Positions 18,972 to 27,778 of a stretch of DNA of 64,000 bases are shown piece by piece. A program made the translations under genes and the position numbers. How positions within the stretch are numbered: the stretch's first letter is position 1; each line of letters begins with the position of its first letter. The notes under the pieces are model-generated. The model was not told where the DNA came from, ran no database searches, and saw nothing but the letters and a program-made list of their open reading frames with translations. This stretch comes from Anaerovoracaceae bacterium (GTDB taxonomy: Bacteria; Bacillota; Clostridia; Peptostreptococcales; Anaerovoracaceae). The stretch covers positions 17,246-81,245 of the forward strand of contig JAZQBC010000058.1 in assembly GCA_045545495.1 (NCBI GenBank). The letters are read 5' to 3'.

Positions 18972-19548
18972 ATGAAAACTCCTTGCAATAATAATCCCAG
19001 TTAACCCTACTTAATGAAAATGCCACTTGTGAAACATATTGATGACTTGTACAGCATATGATAATGGTTGTAATTGCTATTTTACTCGCTGCCGAAATGA
19101 AGCCAATAGTCTAAAAATAATTAGGGAATTAATTGCAGGAAAAAGGGAAGATTTTGCAAAATAGGAAAGGACGATAATGGAATATAGCACGCATGAGAGC
19201 ACGACGCTTTACGATTGACACTATCTCATGCGTGCTCAAAATCGCAATGTCATTAAGGTACGCACGGCATTAACGTTATACTGCTTTCGGGTCGCCCTCC
19301 TTTGGGCTCCCCGGGTCTGCTTAGCTAATCGCCACGCTCTATAATGCTTCCTGTTTCATAGCGGCGTCGCCATATGGTCGGAAGCATAGATCTTCGGAGG
19401 CAAAGCTCCTACGATAAATGCTGTCCTCCCCGTCGGTCAGCGCTGGGTCTCTCGGAGCAGACCGGAACATTGACCTAAAACTAGTTACATTCAAATACGA
19501 ATTTGACTGGTTTCTGCGCATACTACTGTTTCTGTATTTCTCGGTCGG

Positions 19549-19805
19549 GTGCTATAAAGTCTAAAGTGGCGCAAAAGCAATACTTTATATGTCTTGTCTG
19601 TATGCTTTAGAGCCTAGAACGATGCAGAAGACATACGTGGTATATCTCAGGCGTGTGCTTTCTAGCCTGGAATGACTCAGAAGACATACAAAGTATGTCT
19701 CCGTTGTGTTCCTCAGCGTCTAGAACGTTGCAGAAGCCATACGCGGTATGTCTCTTCTGTGTGCTTTAGCGCTTAGAGTGGCGCAGAAGCCATACGCGCA
19801 AAGAG
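19549..19805. repeat. five tandem degenerate repeats with exact 53-bp period, each with a short hairpin
   Basis: The landmark 'cagaag' (or 'caaaag') recurs at 19572, 19625, 19678, 19731 and 19784. Units contain 'agacatac-NNN-gtatgtct'. Confidence 0.9.
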
Positions 19806-19832
19806 GCAAGGGGTGCAGGTGAGGCTCTGGAG

Positions 19833-19861
19833 CAATAAAAAAGCCCTACGAATGCAGGGCT
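19833..19861 (-). terminator. rho-independent terminator downstream of tRNA-Arg
   Basis: The minus strand reads 'agccctgcattcgtagggcttttttattgc'. Confidence 0.6.
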
Positions 19862-19862
19862 G

Positions 19863-19938
19863 TGGTGTCCCGGAGAGGATTCGAACCTCCGACACCCGCT
19901 TTAGGAGAGCGGTGCTCTGTCCCCTGAGCTACCGAGAC
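19863..19938 (-). tRNA. tRNA-Arg (anticodon CCU), CCA encoded
   Basis: The reverse complement folds by hand into a 76-nt cloverleaf: acceptor GTCTCGG/CCGGGAC, D stem GCTC/GAGC, anticodon stem CCGCT/AGCGG, loop CT-CCT-AA, T loop TTCGAAT. Confidence 0.9.
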
Positions 19939-20236
19939 AAAATATTGCAAGGACGCGGAGTCTGAATACATGTCAGAGGGAACAATGCAAACAACTGACC
20001 GCGCTTAGGTATGATAACACAGAGAAGGGAAGATATCAATGTAAAAAAGATGCAATGTGATGCTGGGCGGTGCTGCGGAACGCCGGGCTATTGAGAGTGG
20101 GTAATGGTATTGAGAAAGTGGGACATAATTCGGGAAGGGAAGCGGGACGTGATGGGATGTAAGATACTGACAATCAGGTGAAAAAAGAGTAGAATTGTTT
20201 CAGCGATAGTAACTACACGTTATAGGGAGGAACGAA

Positions 20237-21406
20237 ATGTATAAGGAAACACTTAGACAGGTATGGGCCGAGATAGATATGTCGGCATTCGACCATAACG
20301 TCAAGGAAATCAAAAGACAGATGGAGTGCCCTGAGATGATCGGCGTTATCAAAGCCAACGGATACGGGCACGGAGCTACAGAGTGTGCCAAGGTGCTTGC
20401 GCATAACGGTGTCAGCAAATTCGCAGTAGCTACACTTGAGGAGGCAGTCAACCTCAGAGAAGATGGTGTCGAAGGAGATATCGTTATCCTGGGACTTACA
20501 CCGGCTCAGTGTGTAGACACAGTTATAGAGTATGATCTCACACCGGTCGTGATGCACTACGACTATGTAAAAGCACTCAGCGATGAGGTAGCGAGAGAAG
20601 AAGCGGAGCCGGTCAAGTGCCTGTTCGGACTCGATACAGGAATGGGCCGTATCGGCTTCAGAGTTTTCACAGATGAGGAGAGAGACTTCGCTGTTGAAAG
20701 TTACAAGAAATTCAGCGAGCTGCCTGGCGTGGAGATGGCCGGAGTCATAACTCACTTTTCGACAGCCGACGAAGAGCAGACCGAGTACACCAAGATGCAG
20801 ATCGAGAACTACAACGAGTTCATGAAAAAGCTGAACGCGGCCGGCTTCGACCCGCTCAAGATCTGCGCTAACTCCGCATCGATCATGATGTATCCGGAGA
20901 TCCACTTCGATGCGTGCCGTCCTGGAATCATTCTCTACGGGCTGGCTCCTTCGGGATATCTCAAGGGCAAGGTGCTCGATCTTAAGCCGGTAATGACAGT
21001 CAAGGCTGAAATCCTCAATCTCAAGACCGTGCCGGCAGGAACATCGGTCAGCTACGGGCGCAAGTTCACCTCGACCGAGTCTGAGACCAAGATCGCAACG
21101 ATCGGACTCGGGTATGCAGATGGTTATTCGAGACTCAACAGCGGCAAGATCAGCGTGCTCTGCGGCGGCATCAAGTGCCCTGTAGTCGGCAATATCTGCA
21201 TGGATCAGTGCATGGTAGACGTGTCCGCTGTGCCTGATGTGAAGCTCGGCGATGAGATCGTTGTCATGGGCAAGCAGGGCGATGCTGAGATAAGTGCCGA
21301 TGATCTGGCTGCGATCAACGGAACGATCAACTATGAGATCACATGCTGCTTCGACCTCAGGATACCTAAGGTGTATGTAAACTATCCTGAGGATATGTGC
21401 AAATAG
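20237..21406 (+). CDS. alr: alanine racemase
   Basis: 'VIKANGYGHGA' PLP-lysine motif, 389 aa, RBS 'agggagg'. Confidence 0.95.
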   Translation: MYKETLRQVWAEIDMSAFDHNVKEIKRQMECPEMIGVIKANGYGHGATECAKVLAHNGVSKFAVATLEEAVNLREDGVEGDIVILGLTPAQCVDTVIEYDLTPVVMHYDYVKALSDEVAREEAEPVKCLFGLDTGMGRIGFRVFTDEERDFAVESYKKFSELPGVEMAGVITHFSTADEEQTEYTKMQIENYNEFMKKLNAAGFDPLKICANSASIMMYPEIHFDACRPGIILYGLAPSGYLKGKVLDLKPVMTVKAEILNLKTVPAGTSVSYGRKFTSTESETKIATIGLGYADGYSRLNSGKISVLCGGIKCPVVGNICMDQCMVDVSAVPDVKLGDEIVVMGKQGDAEISADDLAAINGTINYEITCCFDLRIPKVYVNYPEDMCK

Positions 21407-21439
21407 GAGCAAAACAAATTCTGACAAAGAGTGTGATAA

Positions 21440-22090
21440 ATGGATTCTTTTACACAATTTGACGGTAATCTGCTGATCGGCATTCAGGAAGCACTGAATG
21501 CCGATTGGCTTACTCCGATAATGAAAGTTATCACTTACTTCGGCGAAGGAGGGGCTTTCTGGATAGCGCTGTGCCTCGCTCTTATGTTTTTCGAGAAGAC
21601 GCGGAGGCTCGGAATAGTATGCGCTTTTTCGCTGATACTCACTTTCATAAGCTGCAATCTTATCTTGAAGCCGACGATCGACAGGGCGAGACCATGGGAG
21701 GTCTTTGAAGCAGTAAAGCCTTTCCTGCCTCATCCGGGCGATGCGTCATTTCCAAGCGGACACACGGCCAACTTCATAGGACCTGCATGGGGCATGTTCC
21801 TGGCAACGCTCCCGCTGAAGAGCGAAAGCGGAAGATCGTATGACCTTGTGCCGTGTCTCGGATGGAATGGGATAGGCGCAGATGCGCGAGTGATGCACAG
21901 GCTTTCGATAGCTCTTGTGATAATGGGAGTGTTGGTAGGCATATCGAGGCTTTATCTTGGCGTGCACTATCCGTCGGATGTGGTCTGTGGGATGCTCCTT
22001 GGCATGATATGCGGTGCTATCGTGTACGCTATAATCACAAAAATTGAGAAAAAGCGCGGCCGCATATTCGGCAGCGATGAAGAGAAATGA
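21440..22090 (+). CDS. PAP2-family phosphatase (membrane)
   Basis: 'PSGHTA' and 'SRLYLGVHYPSDV' acid-phosphatase motifs, multi-TM. Confidence 0.85.
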   Translation: MDSFTQFDGNLLIGIQEALNADWLTPIMKVITYFGEGGAFWIALCLALMFFEKTRRLGIVCAFSLILTFISCNLILKPTIDRARPWEVFEAVKPFLPHPGDASFPSGHTANFIGPAWGMFLATLPLKSESGRSYDLVPCLGWNGIGADARVMHRLSIALVIMGVLVGISRLYLGVHYPSDVVCGMLLGMICGAIVYAIITKIEKKRGRIFGSDEEK

Positions 22091-22995
22091 AGACAATAAC
22101 AGGGAACGATTGGGACGCGCTGCTCGCTGATGAATGGCAGAAGCCATATTATCGGGAGTTGCGCGATTTCCTTATAAATGAATACAAAACAGAGACGGTC
22201 TATCCGCCTGCCGGGGATATTTACAATGCGCTCAGGATGACTGACTACGATGATGTGAAGGTGGTCATATTGGGGCAGGATCCTTATCATGAGCCGGGGC
22301 AGGCTCACGGGCTTGCGTTCAGTGTGCCTCGCGGGACGCCGCTGCCTCCATCTTTAGTCAATATATTAAAAGAACTTGAGGCGGATCTGGGGATCCGATA
22401 TGCGCCTGAGGATGCGGGCGAGAACGTGAATGCGGGTGCCGGGAGCCAAAAGCCACATCAAGATTACAATGACGGTAATGGTGACGATGCTGAAGGTATA
22501 CTTGTGCCATGGACGAGGCAAGGCGTTCTTTTGCTCAATACGGTGCTTACCGTTAGGGCGCACCAGGCCGCGTCGCATCGCGGACGCGGCTGGGAGCAGT
22601 TCACCGACCGCGTGATTGAACTGCTCGCCGAGCGCGAAAAGCCGATGGTTTTCGTGCTCTGGGGCGCCCACGCACAAGCCAAAAAGGAGCTGATCCTGAA
22701 GGCGCAGCGCACAGTCAGAAGCGACCAGTCGGCCCAGCGCGCAAATTGCGAGGAGCTGAAGGCGCAGCGCACAGTCAGCAGCGAGTCCGTGATTGAACAA
22801 ACGGATGGATCGGAGCCTTCGCGTTCTATTGGGAATGCTGCGCCATCACAGAGCGGCTCCCGCCATCTGATAATCGAAGCGCCGCATCCGAGCCCGCTCT
22901 CCGCGTACCGCGGATTTTTCGGCGGTTGCTACTTCTCCAGGTGCAATTATTTCTTGGTTGACAACGGAATAGAACCCGTCGATTGGAGTCTTTAA
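22087..22995 (+). CDS. ung: uracil-DNA glycosylase (family 1) with two low-complexity inserts
   Basis: 'GQDPYHEPGQAHGLAFSV', 'QGVLLLNTVLTV' and 'HPSPLSAYRGFFG'. ATGA overlap with the PAP2 gene. Confidence 0.9.
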   Translation: MKTITGNDWDALLADEWQKPYYRELRDFLINEYKTETVYPPAGDIYNALRMTDYDDVKVVILGQDPYHEPGQAHGLAFSVPRGTPLPPSLVNILKELEADLGIRYAPEDAGENVNAGAGSQKPHQDYNDGNGDDAEGILVPWTRQGVLLLNTVLTVRAHQAASHRGRGWEQFTDRVIELLAEREKPMVFVLWGAHAQAKKELILKAQRTVRSDQSAQRANCEELKAQRTVSSESVIEQTDGSEPSRSIGNAAPSQSGSRHLIIEAPHPSPLSAYRGFFGGCYFSRCNYFLVDNGIEPVDWSL

Positions 22996-23103
22996 ATTTA
23001 TTGCTTGCGGCGGAAACGTGTTTTATATAGAATACGTTTACAATAAAAAACTCCAATGTTTCCAGTCAGGTAATATGACTGGCTTCGGAAAGGAGGACGC
23101 ACT

Positions 23104-25635
23104 ATGCTGAATGGTTTCGCATTGGCATATACTGTCTTCACTATAATATTGGTTATAGTAGATCTTTATTTCGCGTACAGGTCTTTTCACAAGGGCGGTC
23201 TTGACGGCAAATACCTTGCGACATGCTCTGTTCTTGCGGCCTCCGTTGCCTTTTCATATCTTCTCAGTATCATAGCGCCAAATTATTTGGCTATGTCTAT
23301 TATGTCGAGCATTTACTTCATATGCATCGACTGGCTTCTTATCATGATGATAAGATTCGTCACCATTTACACCACCAAAGCCACAGTAGTCATAACGCGG
23401 CCTATCATGCGCATTGTGCAGGCATATGCTCTGTTTGAAACGGCCGTATTCGCGATAAATCCATTCAAAGAGATCGCGATCAGTTATGTGCTCAGGGATA
23501 CACCGATAGCTTTCTACGCCTATGAGATGAAGCCTCTTTACATCATCCATCTGGTATTCACCTATTTGATGGTAATTGCTTTGCTTGGCATCCTTACGCG
23601 AAAGATCCTTATGACGCCAAAGCATTACCGTTTGCAATATGGTCTGTTCATTTTCGCGATAGTCTTGATCGTAGTCATAAACGCGTTCTTTATACTGCCT
23701 TTCCCGAGGCATCACCACAGCCTTCTGTATCTTATAGACAGCTCTATCCCGGGCTACAGTCTGGGCCTTCTCATAATGTATTGGAGCTGCTTCAAATATC
23801 GGGATATCTACCTCAAGCAAGGCTTGTCAAAGATGGTGTTCGACAATCTTGAGCAGGGTATAGCACTGTTTGATTACGACGACAATCTTGTGCTCAGCAA
23901 CGACCGCCTCGGCGATATGATACATTCGCTCAGGGACATAAAAGGCATCAAGATCGATGAGTTCATCGATATATGCGGTATAGGTGAGCACCGCGCTGAG
24001 GCTGAGGACAGTTACTCGATCAGCTTCATCACCGATGATAATTTAGAAGGAAGACAACTGAGATGCGACTTTATGCGTCTTAGGGACGATAACGACAAGG
24101 CGCTTGGTAAGCTCTTCGTATATACTGACGCGATCGAAGAGATAGATATCCTGACTGGGTTCCACAGCTGGGATCACTTCAGACAATACGTACGTGACTA
24201 TCCGGAGACCTTCGGATTCCCATATGCTGTCGCGGAATTCGACATCAACGGCATGGGTAGCATCAACCGTAACCGAGGCAAGGATATAGGCGATCAGCTG
24301 CTTAGGTCACTTGCCGGCATGATCAGGGACATCATGCCTCAGGAATCGTATTTTGTGCGAGGCTACGACGCAAATCTTATAGCTATTGCCTACTACATAG
24401 ATGAAGAAGAGATGCGCGTATATGGTGAACGCATTCTAGACAGATTCAGTACTAAGGTCCAGGTAGGATACAGTTCGTCAGAGTTCGGGACAGACGACGT
24501 GGTCACCAAGATAGCGGATGCCAGAAGATCGATGAAGATAAAGAAGCTTCTCGATGATCACTCGACTCACTCGCAGACGATCACTTCGCTTGTAAGAGCA
24601 CTTAAAGAAAGCGACAGCGATACCGAAGCGCACGTAAAACGCACCCAGGCTATGGGACGCGAGCTTGGTCGCAGGATAGGACTTACCGATCTTGAGCAGA
24701 GCCAGCTCTCGCTTCTTTGCCTGCTGCACGACATAGGTAAGGTAGGTATTCCTCTTGAGATACTTAATAAGCCGGGCAAGCTTACAAGAGAAGAGTGGGA
24801 AGTTCTGAAATCTCACGCCGAGAAGGGCTATCAGATAGCGATCAGTTCATGGGAACTCAAAGATATCGCGGATATGATCCGCTACCACCACGAGCGCTGG
24901 GACGGCAGAGGTTACCCGGCGGGGCTTTCGGGTGAGACGATCCCGGTGCTCTCAAGGATAATCTCGGTAATAGACAGTTACGATGCCATGGTGAATGACA
25001 GATCGTACAGAAAGGCCATATCTGTTGAGGACGCTAAGGCAGAATTGATTCGATGCGCCGGCACACAGTTCGACCCTCATTTGACAGAAGAATTCCTCGC
25101 GATGCTCGAGGAGATGCCGGATATAGCAAGCGGAGTGACCGATGATGAGGATGGTGATTACTTGCACTCAGGTCGCAGCGTAGTGATACCTACCATGGGT
25201 CTTGCTTCTGAGACTCAAACCACACGAAGCCTGGATCACGATGAGTTTGGAGAATCGAGCGGCGACGGACCGTCTGAAGTGGCATTCAGCCGCTATGTCA
25301 TGGACCTCGATGATCGTATATTGAGCGCTGATGAGGATTTCGAAGAGATCACCGGCTATACCGAGGATGACATAAGCAATGGATGGCTTACTCAAAAAGA
25401 TCTCATTCCGGAAGATCAGAGACAGGAATACTTCAGCGCGGTGGCGGCCCAGCTGGCGGATGGCGATGTTGTATATATGGAGCACGACATAGTGCGTAAG
25501 GATGGACGCCATGTGTATGTGCTGTGCTTCGCGAAGAGACACTATGACTCAGCCTCAAAGACCATCAGGACTGAGGTTACGATCGTTGACAGTTCTAAGG
25601 TAAAGGCGTTCAATAAAAAGTCCGAGGGTAGATAA
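23104..25635 (+). CDS. membrane sensor protein: degenerate GGDEF, HD-GYP phosphodiesterase and C-terminal PAS domains
   Basis: Multi-TM N-terminus. The GGDEF-like domain has 'RGYDANL' in place of GGDEF. HD-GYP motifs 'HDIGKVGIP' and 'HHERWDGRGYP'. PAS-like 'ITGYTEDDISNGWL...RKDGRHVYV'. Confidence 0.85.
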   Translation: MLNGFALAYTVFTIILVIVDLYFAYRSFHKGGLDGKYLATCSVLAASVAFSYLLSIIAPNYLAMSIMSSIYFICIDWLLIMMIRFVTIYTTKATVVITRPIMRIVQAYALFETAVFAINPFKEIAISYVLRDTPIAFYAYEMKPLYIIHLVFTYLMVIALLGILTRKILMTPKHYRLQYGLFIFAIVLIVVINAFFILPFPRHHHSLLYLIDSSIPGYSLGLLIMYWSCFKYRDIYLKQGLSKMVFDNLEQGIALFDYDDNLVLSNDRLGDMIHSLRDIKGIKIDEFIDICGIGEHRAEAEDSYSISFITDDNLEGRQLRCDFMRLRDDNDKALGKLFVYTDAIEEIDILTGFHSWDHFRQYVRDYPETFGFPYAVAEFDINGMGSINRNRGKDIGDQLLRSLAGMIRDIMPQESYFVRGYDANLIAIAYYIDEEEMRVYGERILDRFSTKVQVGYSSSEFGTDDVVTKIADARRSMKIKKLLDDHSTHSQTITSLVRALKESDSDTEAHVKRTQAMGRELGRRIGLTDLEQSQLSLLCLLHDIGKVGIPLEILNKPGKLTREEWEVLKSHAEKGYQIAISSWELKDIADMIRYHHERWDGRGYPAGLSGETIPVLSRIISVIDSYDAMVNDRSYRKAISVEDAKAELIRCAGTQFDPHLTEEFLAMLEEMPDIASGVTDDEDGDYLHSGRSVVIPTMGLASETQTTRSLDHDEFGESSGDGPSEVAFSRYVMDLDDRILSADEDFEEITGYTEDDISNGWLTQKDLIPEDQRQEYFSAVAAQLADGDVVYMEHDIVRKDGRHVYVLCFAKRHYDSASKTIRTEVTIVDSSKVKAFNKKSEGR

Positions 25636-26810
25636 TGAATATCATTCTGACGCTTAGATCAGAAATCATATGCCTCGTGTCTCTTTGTCTGCTTTTATGG
25701 TACGCGTCGATCCACGGGTCATATGACAATATAAAAAGGTACAAACTGCTGAATTTCCTGGCTATAGGCCATGTCACTTTCGACATCGTCACGGTCATCA
25801 CTGTGAATAATCTCGACACGGTGCCTACTGAGATCAACTGGCTTTGTCATGAGCTGTTCTATTACTTTGCCATACTTTATTGCTATGTCCTGCTGGATTT
25901 TGTGCTTGAAATAGTCTATGGCGAGCGCAGCGAGCGCAGCAAGATCATTGCAGCTTCGGTCCTTGGAGTATATCTGTTCGTGATGTTGTTCTTGCCGATT
26001 GAATATGTAAAAGGAAACGGGACCAATTACAGCTATGGGCCTTGTGTCTATGCCGGATATTCATGTGCTGCTCTGCTCTTCCTTATAAGCCTCGTACTTA
26101 TCATCATTCACAGAGACAAATTGTCGGGGCACGACCGCAGGCTGCTGATCCCGACGTTTCTGGTGATGCTGCTGGCAATACTGGCACAGGTAATTGTGCC
26201 GGAACTCCTGTTTACGGGCGCCGATATCACACTGGTGACTGTAGCGGTGTTTATAGGCATCATCGATCCGGTCGGAAAATTCAGGCATAAAGCCTATTAT
26301 GATATCCTGACAGGTCTTCGCAATCAGAATTGTTACGTAGATGACATGGGAGATCTGAAAAGGGAACTCGGCAAGAACGCCTGCTCTCGCAATCTTATAT
26401 ATGTTGCTTGCGATATCAACGGTCTCAAGCAGGTCAACGATGAACTCGGACATGAGGCCGGAGATGACTATATACGGACTGCAGCCAGAGCACTAAAGGA
26501 CTCGCTTGGAAACTCTTACGCTGTATACAGGAAGGGCGGAGATGAGTTCTGTGCGATTTATCTTGATAAGGCAACAGAAAAAGCTAAGTCCGAGGTTGCA
26601 AGACTACGCAAGGCATTCGGTACAAGCCGGGCGCTTGCCGGCGTGCAATCCGGTACATCAGCTAAATATAGCTTTTCAATCGGCTATGCTGCCGCGATGC
26701 GCGGAGAGGATATTTTCGACACTGCGAAAAGAGCGGATGCGGTAATGATGGAAGAAAAGCGAAGGTATTATCTCGAGAACGGCATAGACAGGCGTCGTGC
26801 GCTTTTATGA
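25635..26810 (+). CDS. membrane-bound diguanylate cyclase (GGDEF)
   Basis: Multi-TM N-terminus. 'DINGLKQVNDELGHEAGDDYI' and 'RKGGDEFCAIY'. The ATG shares one base with the preceding TAA. Confidence 0.85.
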   Translation: MNIILTLRSEIICLVSLCLLLWYASIHGSYDNIKRYKLLNFLAIGHVTFDIVTVITVNNLDTVPTEINWLCHELFYYFAILYCYVLLDFVLEIVYGERSERSKIIAASVLGVYLFVMLFLPIEYVKGNGTNYSYGPCVYAGYSCAALLFLISLVLIIIHRDKLSGHDRRLLIPTFLVMLLAILAQVIVPELLFTGADITLVTVAVFIGIIDPVGKFRHKAYYDILTGLRNQNCYVDDMGDLKRELGKNACSRNLIYVACDINGLKQVNDELGHEAGDDYIRTAARALKDSLGNSYAVYRKGGDEFCAIYLDKATEKAKSEVARLRKAFGTSRALAGVQSGTSAKYSFSIGYAAAMRGEDIFDTAKRADAVMMEEKRRYYLENGIDRRRALL

Positions 26811-26959
26811 CACTTGACCGGGGGTAAGAAGCAAACCGGCGGATCGATGAAAAAATACCAAAACTACACATATGAGATCGCTCAAACTGTTGAAAAGAGC
26901 GGTCTCTTTTGTTAAGATACACGAGTTGGATTATTAAAAGAATAGGAGCTAGTTTTCAA

Positions 26960-27685
26960 ATGGACAACAAGAACAAAATTTACAGAAAATCAGGCGTTTC
27001 TATCGCGTGCTATGTGTTTGCGGCGATCCTTCTGATCTATACATGCTATACCGCAGGTAGTACAGTATCGCAGATAAACGGCTACTACGCGCAGTATAAT
27101 ATGAGTGCTCAGGCTTCAGAATATATCACTTACATCGCTCAGAACGCTCTGCCATATCTGATCTATACGGTCGTTGTATTTATGCTCGGTTTCATCCTCG
27201 ATACTGTCAGAATGGCAGATCCGAAGAATTACATGACCGAAGAAGAATACCAGGATGCCAAAGCCGCCAAGAAGGAAAAAAGAGAAGCCAAGAAGATCGC
27301 AAAGGGCGAGAAGAGGGCTGCCGCAAAGGTGAAAGCTGAACCCGATGAGGTCTCCGTAGCTGAGGATTTTGCCAATGATCTCGACAAAGAGCTCAAGGCT
27401 GCCGAAAAGAAAGATGACTATAAAAAGTCGGGCGGCAATAAGAAATACTACAACCAGAACAGAAACGGCAACAATCACAGACATTACAGCAACAGACCGA
27501 ACGGAAACAGAAACGGAAGCGGAAACGGAAACCGCAAGAACAACAACCAGAACGGAAACCAGTTCAATAACCAAAACAAACCAAAGGCTGTAGAAAAGAA
27601 GCTTGAGGAAGTTCAGGACAAAGCCGCAGCATCAAATGACAAAGTTTCGGATGTCTTTGAGGCAAAGGTCTTTGAGGAAAAATAA
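26960..27685 (+). CDS. hypothetical membrane protein with a K/E-rich and N/G-rich disordered tail
   Basis: Two TM helices, then 'NRNGNNHRHYSNRPNGNRNGSGNGNRKNNNQNGNQFNNQNK'. Start at 'MDNKNK' with RBS 'aggag'. Confidence 0.6.
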   Translation: MDNKNKIYRKSGVSIACYVFAAILLIYTCYTAGSTVSQINGYYAQYNMSAQASEYITYIAQNALPYLIYTVVVFMLGFILDTVRMADPKNYMTEEEYQDAKAAKKEKREAKKIAKGEKRAAAKVKAEPDEVSVAEDFANDLDKELKAAEKKDDYKKSGGNKKYYNQNRNGNNHRHYSNRPNGNRNGSGNGNRKNNNQNGNQFNNQNKPKAVEKKLEEVQDKAAASNDKVSDVFEAKVFEEK

Positions 27686-27730
27686 AAGTATTTGGATCTG
27701 AAGTGGACTAGGACACGCTAAAACAACAGA

Positions 27731-27762
27731 AGACCGCACTTAACTTGAGCGCGGTCTTTTTT
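27731..27762 (+). terminator. rho-independent terminator
   Basis: 'agaccgc' and 'gcggtct' stem followed by 'ttttttc'. Confidence 0.75.
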
Positions 27763-27778
27763 CAAAGGAGGCGACCGG

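Noticed and set aside
19339-19521. 60-aa minus-strand ORF in the non-coding tract
   Set aside because: It has no RBS and no recognisable sequence, and it overlaps the hairpin-rich region. A chance ORF is more likely.
19549-19805. Possible CRISPR array
   Set aside because: The units are contiguous 53-bp degenerate repeats without unique spacers. No cas genes are in the window.
17861-19938. Integrated mobile element or prophage at tRNA-Arg
   Set aside because: I found no integrase, transposase, excisionase or duplicated tRNA 3' end. I can only call it an atypical islet, not a mobile element.
20213-21733. 506-aa ORF on the minus strand covering alr and the start of the PAP2 gene
   Set aside because: It lies antisense to a gene with unmistakable alanine racemase motifs. 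The translation is low-complexity (R/L/S/H-rich) with no motif or RBS. This is a typical stop-poor antisense frame of a codon-biased gene.
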